From: Verrucomicrobiota bacterium
GTDB taxonomy: Bacteria; Verrucomicrobiota; Verrucomicrobiia; Limisphaerales; SIBE01
Direction: 5' to 3'
Length of the DNA: 64,000 nucleotides
Assembly: GCA_016871515.1 (NCBI GenBank)
Contig: VHDE01000001.1
Span: 81,434 to 145,433 of the forward strand
The position numbers were made by a program, and so were the translations under genes. Below, one piece after another: positions 55,033 to 63,855 of this stretch (positions are counted from its first letter, which is position 1; each line of letters starts with the position of its first letter). A model generated the notes under the pieces. The model searched no databases and was not told where the DNA came from. It was given only the letters and a program-made list of their open reading frames with translations.

Positions 55033-55887
55033 ATGGTTAAGACAATGCTGCTCCTGCTTTGCGTTCAAAGCCTCCTCGTTGCCGCCGAAGTCAAGCGCCT
55101 CGCCGATGGAATGAAATTCACGGAAGGACCGATTGCCGATGGAAAGGGCAATGTTTATTACAGTGACATTCCCAACAACCGGATCATGAAGTGGAACGGA
55201 ACTAAAAACAGCGTGTGGCGCGAGAATTCCGGCAGAGCGAATGGGTTAAAACTCGATAAAAACGGAAACCTCATTGTCTGCGAAGGAGGTAATCGTCGCG
55301 TGACCCGCATTTCGATTGCAGATCAGCAAGTGACGGTCCTGGCCGACAGCTTCGAAGGAAAGAAGCTGAATTCGCCAAACGACCTCGCCATTGACGCGAA
55401 GGGCGGCATCTATTTCACCGACCCGCGCTACGGCAACCGCGATGATATGGTCTTAGACAAGGAAGCTGTCTATTACATCCCACCGACCGGCGGGAAGATC
55501 CTTCGCGTCGCTGACGATCTTGTGCGCCCGAACGGAGTTCATCTCCACAAGGACAAGATTTACATTGCCGACGCCGGCGGACGGAAAACATATGTCTACG
55601 CGATGAACGCCGACGGCACACTCCGGGACAAGAAAGAATTCGTCGCCTTCGGTTCCGACGGGATGAAGGTGGATGAGAAGGGAAACGTTTATCTGACGAC
55701 CGGTGGCAAGGTTGAAATTTTCGCTCCCGATGGCAAAGCGGCAGGCTCGATCCAAATGCCCGAGGTGGAGATCGCTGGCAAGAAGGTCCGCGAAGGCCCG
55801 GCAAACCTCGTCTTTAGTGGCAACACACTCTACATCACAGCACAGACAGGTTTTTATTCAGTGCAATTGGATGTAAAAGGAGATTAA
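55033..55887 (+). CDS. SMP-30/gluconolactonase/LRE-family protein, secreted
   Basis: Signal peptide, then TEGPIADGKGNVYYSDIPNNRI, NGL..D..GNLI.CE, LNSPNDLAID..GGIYFTDP and PNGV motifs. Confidence 0.85.
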   Translation: MVKTMLLLLCVQSLLVAAEVKRLADGMKFTEGPIADGKGNVYYSDIPNNRIMKWNGTKNSVWRENSGRANGLKLDKNGNLIVCEGGNRRVTRISIADQQVTVLADSFEGKKLNSPNDLAIDAKGGIYFTDPRYGNRDDMVLDKEAVYYIPPTGGKILRVADDLVRPNGVHLHKDKIYIADAGGRKTYVYAMNADGTLRDKKEFVAFGSDGMKVDEKGNVYLTTGGKVEIFAPDGKAAGSIQMPEVEIAGKKVREGPANLVFSGNTLYITAQTGFYSVQLDVKGD

Positions 55888-55926
55888 GCCGGCACGGTTC
55901 TGCGATCCTGGCTATTCTCGTTTTAG

Positions 55927-55966
55927 CAGGATTGGCGAGGTGATAGGGTGCGCTGCGCCAATCCTG
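55927..55966 (+). terminator. Hairpin downstream of the gluconolactonase-like gene
   Basis: CAGGATTGGCG, an 18-nt loop, CGCCAATCCTG, then TTGAATT. Confidence 0.4.
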
Positions 55967-55990
55967 TTGAATTAAGGGCGTGAGCGTGGT

Positions 55991-56116
55991 TCTTGCTCGT
56001 TGCTCTTGCTCTTGCTCTTGCTCTTGCTCTTGCTCTTGCTCTTGCTCTTGCTCTTGCTCTTGCTCCACAAAGAACTCACACCAACAAGATTATGATCAAG
56101 AGCAAGGATCAAGATC
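55991..56116. repeat. Hexanucleotide (CTTGCT)n element, about 11 units, with a downstream inverted partner (copy 2)
   Basis: Perfect TGCTCT/CTTGCT run at ~56001-56065. TATGATCAAGAGCAAGGATCAAGATC at 56091-56116 is complementary to the run and shares its flank with 10626-10646. Confidence 0.9.
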
Positions 56117-56177
56117 ATGAAAGCACCAGGTCTAATTCAACAGCAGTGGCGCGCCGTCCCGACCGCCAAAATGTGCC

Positions 56178-57294
56178 ATGCGGCTAAGTTCTCATCACAA
56201 GACACTCTCCAGCTTGGCCAACGATGTTGTGGATGTCTTAGTCGTGGGCGGAGGCATTGTGGGCGCAGGTATCGCGCGCGACGCCGCGATGCTGGGCTTG
56301 AAGGTTGGACTGATTGACCGGCATGATTTTGCGTTTGGGACCAGCAGCCGATCAAGCCGTCTTTTGCACGGCGGAATCCGTTATCTGGCGCAGGGCCGGC
56401 TCCGCCTCGTGCGGCAGCCGAGTATTGTGAAGAGGATTGTCCACCAGATCGCACCGCACCTGACCGACCCTCTCGGGTTTATCTTCCCTGCGTACCGCGA
56501 TAGCTCCTGGCCGTTTTGGCAGCTCCGCATTGGTGTGAAGATGTGCGATTTGCTTTGCAGTGGCCGGAATTTCAGACATTCAGAATCGCTTTCCGCTCGA
56601 AAGGTCTGTGCACAACTCTCGGGGATTAAGCCGGATGGGCTGCGTGGCGCGGTCCTTTATTACGACGCGCTCACTCAAGATGCGCGCCTCGTCATTGACA
56701 CACTTCGATCAGCGAGCTTAGCCGGCGCGGCATTGGCCAACTACGTGCGTTCCAGCGGACCGAACGGCGTGGTGAGGTTTTTGTCCGTCAGGTCGTGGAC
56801 GAGCTAAGTGGCTATTCGTTTCATCTCCGCGCGCGCTCCGTCGTCAATGCGACTGGTCCGTGGGCTCAAGGACTGTCTTTAAGCCGCGTCTGTTTGCGGC
56901 TTACCAAAGGCATCCATCTTGTGTTTGATCGGGGCCGATTGCCCAGCGATGACGCGGTCGTCGTGACCGTAGGGTCACGCTTGTTGTTTGTTATTCCTTG
57001 GGGTGACCGTGTTATTGTCGGCACCACGGATACCGACTACACCCGGTCCGGTCGAAGGCGTCCGAAGCCAGGCGCAAGATGTGGAATACCTGCTATGTGC
57101 GGTGAACGATTTATTCCGGCAAGCTGCTCTGGATTCAGACGACGTTGTCAGTAGTTGGGCGGGATTGCGACCTCTTATTGCCGATCTGGATGGACGCCCT
57201 TCGGACATATCCCGATCACACCGAATCCAACAGGTCCAGCCGGTGGGATGTCGCCGGGGGCAAACTCACGACGTATCGCCTTATGGCTGATTAG
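56178..57294 (+). pseudogene. glpD: FAD-dependent glycerol-3-phosphate dehydrogenase (GlpD-like), multiply frameshifted and truncated
   Basis: DVLVVGGGIVGAGIARDAAMLGL..SSRSSRLLHGGIRYL (frame a), SVVNATGPW..TKGIHLV (frame b), AGLRPLI..SDISRSH (frame a), and DVAGGKLTTYRLMAD-TAG (frame c, 57292-57294). There are at least 3 frameshifts and the C-terminal domain is missing. Confidence 0.8.
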
Positions 57295-57565
57295 ACATTC
57301 ACCAGGAGAATTCAGCGGCTGTTTGTTTGCGACGACTTGAGTTTGGGGGATTAGACCCAAAAACCTGAATCGAACATCGGCATTTGTCGGGGAACATAGC
57401 CCAAAACGGCCGGCTGTCACACAACTCCCGCCGAGGGGCATTCTGTATCCAGCATGTGGCCAAATGTTTAGCTGGAGCCTCTATTGCTGGTACGCTGACT
57501 GCATTTAGATATTCAGAATGTCACTGGGACATATGCGACAAACAACAACTAACAAAACCATTACC

Positions 57566-58210
57566 ATGAAAAGAATTAAACTCCTTGCTTGGCTCTGCGC
57601 ACTTAATGCCTGCTTGCTCGTGCAATCAAATGCTCAGGCAGTCAGTGCCGAGGTCACTTCAAATGCGAATGCGTCGGTGAACGCCGACAGTTCTGTCACA
57701 GCAAAACACGAAACCAGCGCCAGCACATCCGCAACCGCCGCGGCAACGACAGACGGCAACGTCTCCGGCACGTCGGACACCACCGCTTCGGGCGACGTCA
57801 AAAGCAACACTTCCGCAGATGCGAAAACGACGGTTGGAACTGAGAAGCCCGAGAAGCCGGCGCCGCCTGCTCCGCCGGAAAAGCCAACGCGGTTAGGTTT
57901 GCTCGTCTCCACTGAGTTGAAGGGCGCGCTTGAGGCGATTAGACAATCCCGCGCTGCCTTTCTCGAAGCCCAAAGCGAACTGCGTGTTCAACTGAAAGAA
58001 TCCACCGGCGAACAGCGGTCGAAGATTCGAGCCGAGCTACAGTCAAAACGTCAGGAATTTCTCGAACAACAGAAAGAAGCGCGCGCGGACCTCCACGCCG
58101 AGGTGAAAGCGGTCCTGAAGAATCACTTGGAGGTATTAGCCGACGCGAAAGCGGAAGCGAAAGCCGAAGCCAAGGCGAACCTCCGCGCGCGCAAAGGTGG
58201 CGACGAGTAG
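57566..58210 (+). CDS. Secreted low-complexity / coiled-coil protein
   Basis: The ATG at 57566 gives MKRIKLLAWLCALNACLLVQSNAQA. It has a Ser/Thr/Ala-rich region followed by a charged helical C-terminus (Spy/CpxP-like flavour, not established). Confidence 0.6.
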   Translation: MKRIKLLAWLCALNACLLVQSNAQAVSAEVTSNANASVNADSSVTAKHETSASTSATAAATTDGNVSGTSDTTASGDVKSNTSADAKTTVGTEKPEKPAPPAPPEKPTRLGLLVSTELKGALEAIRQSRAAFLEAQSELRVQLKESTGEQRSKIRAELQSKRQEFLEQQKEARADLHAEVKAVLKNHLEVLADAKAEAKAEAKANLRARKGGDE

Positions 58211-58267
58211 GAATTCGACAGTGCACCGAGCGTGTGCTTGCTTCCGGGCAGATTGGGTAGTATGTGA

Positions 58268-58298
58268 CCAGGCGACTGATAAGGTCGCCTGGCTTTTT
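58268..58298 (+). terminator. Rho-independent terminator
   Basis: CCAGGCGAC-TGATAAG-GTCGCCTGG followed by CTTTTTG, 58 nt after the stop at 58210. Confidence 0.8.
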
Positions 58299-58306
58299 GT
58301 CTAAGC

Positions 58307-59707
58307 ATGTTGCGCCTAAACCATAAGTGTATAACCCCAATTGCCTCTTTCCATGAACCTGGCTCCAGGAGAGCGGCGTTTACGCCGCTTCAACTTCCAG
58401 ACGTGAGGGAGCTTAGCGAGCCGAAGCGGCGTAAACGCCGCGCTCCTGTGGTTCATGGGCGCAATACGCGAAATTTTGTTTCGGAGAAGTCTTACAATGA
58501 ACCTTCTTCCTGTAGCGGCGTCTCGGGAGAGCGTCGCCAGCTCGGGTTCTTTGAAAATGGCGGCGCTCTTCCGAGACGCCGCTACAGGGAGAAGATTATT
58601 GGTCCCGATCGATACGCTGTTCTCTTCGCCATCGCGTTGGTCTTTTGGGGACGGGGTTTCGCGCAGGAATCCGGCGCAACTCCACCGCCATCGCCCTGGA
58701 ACAATATTTACAACATTCGGAGCTGGGCTGGTTACAAGGACAATGTATTGCTGGGCAACCGTTCAACCGTGGACAACGCCTTCGTCGCCGGCGGGTTGGA
58801 CGCGCTTTTGTGGCGAATGCCGGTGAATGGCTGTGAATATTTCTTTTTCGGGACGGCCGACTACCTGCGGTACTTTCCGGGTGACGAGGTAAACAAGGAG
58901 TTAACTGCAATCGCTCAGGCTCAGGTTAAGAGACATTTTAATGACGGCTGGCGAACTGGACTTTCGCTCGATTACGTTTATTTCGATCAGGTGTTCGATA
59001 ATTCGACGTTCGAGCGCGAGCAGGCGTCTATCCAAGTGCAAGCGCATAGTTTGACGTTGCGCCCGTCGGTCCGAAAAGAGATTGCCAAGCATTGGTTTGA
59101 GTTGGAGTTTCCAATAACTCGCCAGGACTTCAGAGAATTCATTGATGATTATTGGGAAGGCGGGCCGAAGCTGATTTGGGGCCGTAAGTACAGCGAGAAA
59201 TCTGAGATAAGCGTGAGCTACGAATTCAATAATCGTTTCCATGACACGCGTGAGATTCGCGATGCGCAAGGTGGGTTGGCGCCCGGAACCAATTTAGAGT
59301 TTCAGCAGCATGAAGTCTTTGCCTCGTTGCGGCATTACTGGGACAAAGCTCAACGGTGGCGCACGCTTGCCAGGATCGGTCTCGAGCGTAACGATGATAA
59401 TGGCTCGGGTTATTACGATTACTGGAGACCGCAGCTAACGCAGCAGGTTCGCTATCAGACGAAAGTTTGGGAAGTGAAGTCGGAGGCTCGGCTCTCTTAT
59501 TACGATTACGATTCACAGCCACTGAGCGATGTTGATCCATCTACGCGGCACAGACTCAATCTCATCCTAAATCTTCGCGGCGAACGAACCCTATTCAAAA
59601 GCTTGAAATGTTTTGCCGAATACGAACATGAACGCTCGATCTCGAATCTCGGGTTCGATGAATACAAGGTGAACACCATTATGGGCGGGGTAGATTGGGG
59701 GTTTTGA
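58307..59707 (+). CDS. Putative outer-membrane beta-barrel protein; true start unresolved
   Basis: From ~58592 the ORF reads KIIGPDRYAVLFAIALVFWGRGFAQE (signal-peptide-like), then alternating-hydrophobic strands ending ..GGVDWGF (terminal aromatic). The first ~95 codons of the ORF are translated repeat elements. There is no in-frame ATG/GTG/TTG just upstream of the signal peptide. Confidence 0.55.
   Translation: MLRLNHKCITPIASFHEPGSRRAAFTPLQLPDVRELSEPKRRKRRAPVVHGRNTRNFVSEKSYNEPSSCSGVSGERRQLGFFENGGALPRRRYREKIIGPDRYAVLFAIALVFWGRGFAQESGATPPPSPWNNIYNIRSWAGYKDNVLLGNRSTVDNAFVAGGLDALLWRMPVNGCEYFFFGTADYLRYFPGDEVNKELTAIAQAQVKRHFNDGWRTGLSLDYVYFDQVFDNSTFEREQASIQVQAHSLTLRPSVRKEIAKHWFELEFPITRQDFREFIDDYWEGGPKLIWGRKYSEKSEISVSYEFNNRFHDTREIRDAQGGLAPGTNLEFQQHEVFASLRHYWDKAQRWRTLARIGLERNDDNGSGYYDYWRPQLTQQVRYQTKVWEVKSEARLSYYDYDSQPLSDVDPSTRHRLNLILNLRGERTLFKSLKCFAEYEHERSISNLGFDEYKVNTIMGGVDWGF
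58351..58587. repeat. Family repeat cluster (two hairpin elements plus the TTCTCCGAAAC module)
   Basis: CCATGAACC..GAGCGGCGTTTACGCCGCTTC..GAAGCGGCGTAAACGCCGCGCTC..GGTTCATGG, then GCGAAATTTTGTTTCGGAGAAGTC. GTAGCGGCGTCTCGG (58512-58526) pairs with CCGAGACGCCGCTAC (58571-58585). Confidence 0.85.
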
Positions 59708-59801
59708 CAGGGAATGGTATGCGCTGCGCTAAATTGGGCGATAATGACAAATTTCTCAAGCTGCGCAGAGGCGGACGTTCTTGAATTGACGTAAGACGCG
59801 A

Positions 59802-61277
59802 ATGACCTCAGAGGCTTCCAGACCACAGCAGCAAACGTTAGTAACTGAAACCAGCGCTCGCCGTCTGAATGGGAAAGCCATGCCTGCTGCCGTCATCCTA
59901 TTGACGCTTCTAATTCTCGGTGGCGCGATCCTCGCAGGTCACTTACGGCTTCGGGAAACGATCCGCCAACAATTGGCTGACACGCACGGAAAGGTTCTTT
60001 ACGCGCTCTGGCTCAATCAAGAATTAGACATTGCGCTGGACGACGGAGTTGACGAAGTGACGGAAGACCCGGCCGATCAAATGTACACCGCGCTAAAAAC
60101 ATCTTTGCTTCCGCAGCTTAAAGATGTGCTGGCGACACGTTTATTCGACAGCGAGGGAAAACTGATTGCGACGATTCCAAATTCCCTGGACCCGACGTCT
60201 GAAATTGAGCCGAACGTCTTCGGGCGATTGAAACAGTTGCGTCCAGTGAGCCGCTTTCAGAAATCAATCGATCTGGGCCAACTGTTTCCACTCGAAGACG
60301 AGATGCAAAAAATGGGGCCAAGTCCATTGTTGGAGATATCGATTCCATTGCACGCGCGTGGTGGAAAGCGTCTCCTGGGAGTCGCGCAATACCTGATGGA
60401 CGGCGCTAGCCTATCGAGGGAGTTCAGGGATTTGGATCGCAGTTTATTCGCGCAGGGTTCACTCGTGTTTCTGGTTGGCGGCGCCATTCTTGTCATTGGC
60501 TTGGGTGCGACATTTCATCAGCTTCAACGAACGAATCGCTTGCTCACCGAACGAACGCGGAATTTGCGGCAAGCCAACCAGGAATTGGCTCTGGCGGCAA
60601 AAACGTCGGCGGTCGGAGCGGTTGCAGCGCATCTCATTCACGGCCTGAAGAACCCGCTTTCGGGGCTGAATCAGTTTATTGCGAGCCGCAGCTCCGCGCC
60701 GAGCGATGGAAGCGACACGGAATGGCAAGTTGCTGCCTCGACAGCGCGGCGCATGCAAAGCTTGGTCAGCGATGTCGTGCGCGTCTTGCGGGAAGAGAAC
60801 AGCGTCACGCAGTACGAGATTTCGCTCAAGGAACTCGCCGAAGTTATCACGGCGCATATGCTGCCGCTGGCTCGGCAAGCTGGTGTGCGGTTCGAAACGA
60901 AACTCAATGCTGATGGAATGCTCACGAACCGCGACGCGAACCTAATCATTCTCGTTTTGGAGAACCTTATTCAAAATGCGATTCAAGCGAGCCCAAAGGA
61001 TAAATGCGTTAGACTCAAGCTCGAAGCCGTGGCGGACAAGGTTGTGTGCGAAGTGCGCGACGAAGGTCCGGGCCTTTCTGACCGCGCCCGGCAGTCTCTG
61101 TTTACGTCCTGCCAATCGAACAAAGACGGCGGCAGCGGCATTGGCTTGGCGATTAGCAAACAGCTGGCAGGGTACATTGGCGCCGATCTCGATCTGAAGG
61201 CCAATCAGCCAGGCCGCTGCGTTTTTGCACTTACTCTTTCTTCCGGTGTGGTCGCGAACAGAACACAGATTCCATAA
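59802..61277 (+). CDS. Sensor histidine kinase (two TM segments, periplasmic domain, HisKA + HATPase_c)
   Basis: H-box AAHLIHGLKNPLSGL, N-box LENLIQNAIQA, G-boxes RDEGPGL and GGSGIGLAISKQL. Confidence 0.85.
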   Translation: MTSEASRPQQQTLVTETSARRLNGKAMPAAVILLTLLILGGAILAGHLRLRETIRQQLADTHGKVLYALWLNQELDIALDDGVDEVTEDPADQMYTALKTSLLPQLKDVLATRLFDSEGKLIATIPNSLDPTSEIEPNVFGRLKQLRPVSRFQKSIDLGQLFPLEDEMQKMGPSPLLEISIPLHARGGKRLLGVAQYLMDGASLSREFRDLDRSLFAQGSLVFLVGGAILVIGLGATFHQLQRTNRLLTERTRNLRQANQELALAAKTSAVGAVAAHLIHGLKNPLSGLNQFIASRSSAPSDGSDTEWQVAASTARRMQSLVSDVVRVLREENSVTQYEISLKELAEVITAHMLPLARQAGVRFETKLNADGMLTNRDANLIILVLENLIQNAIQASPKDKCVRLKLEAVADKVVCEVRDEGPGLSDRARQSLFTSCQSNKDGGSGIGLAISKQLAGYIGADLDLKANQPGRCVFALTLSSGVVANRTQIP

Positions 61278-61362
61278 CCAGACAGATGGGAGGACAGGCT
61301 TGAGTATTGGTTGGTGGCTGCGGTCTCGATTGAATTGCTGCGACGAATTAAAGAACCGAACT

Positions 61363-63453
61363 ATGAGCTGCGATATTATCCGAATAACAAAATCTCTATG
61401 TCTTGGACTGATCTCATCCTTGGCCGCGTCGCACCTGGCCGCGGCCAGTCTTCCTCTAGTGTGGCGTTGGGCAAATCCGTATCCGCACGGCGCGAACATT
61501 ATCGACATGGCCCAAGTCGCCGGCCTGGCCGTGCAAGTAGGCGAGAGGGGACAAGTTTACACGAGCAGTGATCTGTTGGCATGGACGGCACGCGACAGTC
61601 GGACCAGCAATTCTCTGCGCGCGGTGACTGGGTTCAACAATCGCATCGTGATCGCAGGCGAAAGTGGGACCATCGTTTATGCGGATACGCCCGAGAACTT
61701 TAGACTAGTTTCTCTGGGAACCTCGGACTGGCTTGAAGGGGTCGCAGCCTCGCCCAACCTGGCGGTGGCGGTTGGGGACAACGCTGCAATTTACACGAGC
61801 AGCGACGGGGCAACCTGGCGCCGTCGATCTGCGCCGTTTAGCGATTGGCTGCGCAGCGTGGCGTACGGTTTGCCTGGAGGTGTGGGAACTTTTGTGGCGG
61901 TTGGCGAAAGAGGCATTGTGGCCTCCAGCACAGACGGGATGACATGGCAAAAACGGAACATTGCTACGTCGCAAGACTTAAATCGCGTTCGATGGCTTAA
62001 CGGTCAATTTTGGACTGTTGGCAATTCGGGCGCGTCGTTTACGAGCGATTCCGGCGTCACGTGGCAAGCAGTTCAGTCCGGTGCGACTAATACCCTCAAT
62101 GATGTGGCTGGGACGACAGGAATCCGGCTGGTCGCCGGCGACGCGGAGGTTCGGCTTTTGGAAGGGCGTGGACCGTGGTCGAATGAGCTGGACCGATCAA
62201 AACAATTGCCTCCGCCCGAGTGGACCTATCTCAGCGCTGTTTGGACGGGCACGAATTATCTGCTCGGTGGCCGAACGGGAATGATGGTCGAAAGCATCAA
62301 AACGAATAACATCACCAGCCCCACTTTTTGGTTTCCGTTCTCGGATTCCTTGCGCAACTGGCTCTGGGATATTAAGAGGATGCCGAACGTTTACCTAGCC
62401 GTCGGCGACCGCGCAACAATCATGAGCAGTCTCGATGGAATCGATTGGCAACAGGAATTGGCGCCCGAATCGGTGGCGAATGCCATCTTCCTTGGAATCG
62501 GAGCGAACTCAACTATGGCTGTTGCTGTGGGAAGCGCGGGAACGATCATTTACAGCCCAGACGAGCGTCGCGAGGTTGTGACGACAAATCCTGATGGCAC
62601 GAAGACAGCCAATCTCGTCAGCACACTTGGGATCATCTGGTATGCGGCAAATCCCGCGCCCGTGAACAGCGATCTTCAAGGGATTACCGCCTCAGGCAAT
62701 TTGTTCGTGGCAACCGGCGCCGCCGGCACGGTGCGGACAAGCTCCGACGCTGCGAACTGGACGAAACGTTCAGCGCCAACCGGGCTTTTCCTATCGTCGG
62801 TGGAAGCTTTTCCAGGAGGCTTCGTGGCCGTTGGCGACGATGGCGTCATTCTGACTAGCGCCAACGGTCTGGACTGGACAATGCGTTCGTCAGGCACGGC
62901 CAACTGGATTTATCGGGTACGTTATCTCGGCGGACGACTGGTCGCAATCGGCCAAAACGGCCTCATCTTGACGAGCGCGGATGGCGTGAATTGGCAAAGC
63001 CAAAACAGCGGGACGACGCGCTGGTTGAATGACGTTCAGTTTATCGACAACACTTATTTCGCCGTCGGAACGCAAGGCACGGTGCTGTCGAGCAGTGATG
63101 CTATGAATTGGACGAGCATCGGGACCATCACGCAAAAATCGTTGTATGCCGCCGCACACGACGGCGCGGGCCAACTCGTGACGGTGGGAATTGAAGGCAT
63201 CATTCTCCGCAGCCAGGTTACGACGCAAAGTGGCCCGGTCACATTCTTACAGTTTCCCCGCCAGGCGACACAGAATCGTTTCATTTTCAAAGGTCAAGCC
63301 GGCCAGACTTTCTCCTTGGATCGCAGCACGGATTTGGTGAACTGGCTGACCGGACCGCAGTTGACGATTACCGACCCTTCGGGAGTGTTGATCCACCACG
63401 ACAGCGGAAACAATGCGGCATCCGCCCAATTCTTCCGCGGCAAGCCGAAGTAA
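61363..63453 (+). CDS. Secreted multi-blade beta-propeller protein (BNR/Ycf48-like repeats) with C-terminal beta-sandwich
   Basis: The ATG at 61363 gives a signal peptide (MSCDIIRITKSLCLGLISSLAASHLAAA). There are 12 or more repeats of the type G..G.I..S.DG..W......T...L..V. The C-terminal F.F.G..G..F.L..STDLVNW........FFR motif is common in such secreted proteins. Confidence 0.75.
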   Translation: MSCDIIRITKSLCLGLISSLAASHLAAASLPLVWRWANPYPHGANIIDMAQVAGLAVQVGERGQVYTSSDLLAWTARDSRTSNSLRAVTGFNNRIVIAGESGTIVYADTPENFRLVSLGTSDWLEGVAASPNLAVAVGDNAAIYTSSDGATWRRRSAPFSDWLRSVAYGLPGGVGTFVAVGERGIVASSTDGMTWQKRNIATSQDLNRVRWLNGQFWTVGNSGASFTSDSGVTWQAVQSGATNTLNDVAGTTGIRLVAGDAEVRLLEGRGPWSNELDRSKQLPPPEWTYLSAVWTGTNYLLGGRTGMMVESIKTNNITSPTFWFPFSDSLRNWLWDIKRMPNVYLAVGDRATIMSSLDGIDWQQELAPESVANAIFLGIGANSTMAVAVGSAGTIIYSPDERREVVTTNPDGTKTANLVSTLGIIWYAANPAPVNSDLQGITASGNLFVATGAAGTVRTSSDAANWTKRSAPTGLFLSSVEAFPGGFVAVGDDGVILTSANGLDWTMRSSGTANWIYRVRYLGGRLVAIGQNGLILTSADGVNWQSQNSGTTRWLNDVQFIDNTYFAVGTQGTVLSSSDAMNWTSIGTITQKSLYAAAHDGAGQLVTVGIEGIILRSQVTTQSGPVTFLQFPRQATQNRFIFKGQAGQTFSLDRSTDLVNWLTGPQLTITDPSGVLIHHDSGNNAASAQFFRGKPK

Positions 63454-63477
63454 GCTTTACTTTCGTCCGAAAGCGAA

Positions 63478-63855
63478 TTGCCAGCAGTCGTTGACAGTCT
63501 TCAATGGGTGAGACAGCATTGTCTCTCGATCAAAACAGCCACAGTCAGAGATTTGCGGAATCCGTTTCCCCGCGCAGCAGCATGGATCGAGCAAGGGGAA
63601 CCGTTGGAGATCACGAAGGGTGGAAAGCCCTTCGCGCGATTGGTGCCAGTCGCGCCAGAGAAGCCGCGCCGATTCAAGATGCCGGACATCATGGCGCGAC
63701 TCGAACGAGCGTTTGGCAGCACTTGCTACGATGCGGCGGACGTAGCGCGTGGCCTAGCCGCGAGCCGGGGAGCTATCCGGACGCGAGTTTTCTGTGCGCG
63801 TTCTACCTCAAGCAGTCGAATTCCCCAGCCGCCGCGACGCACGCGGCCAGGATGA
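63478..63855 (+). CDS. Phd/YefM-type antitoxin (the last ~30 codons of the ORF are probably out-of-frame read-through)
   Basis: IKTATVRDLRNPFPRAAAWIEQGEPLEITKGGKPFARLVPV is the typical antitoxin N-terminus. The likely start is the GTG at 63508. After ..LAASRG (about 63770) the homologous reading continues in another frame as a PIN toxin. Confidence 0.6.
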   Translation: MPAVVDSLQWVRQHCLSIKTATVRDLRNPFPRAAAWIEQGEPLEITKGGKPFARLVPVAPEKPRRFKMPDIMARLERAFGSTCYDAADVARGLAASRGAIRTRVFCARSTSSSRIPQPPRRTRPG

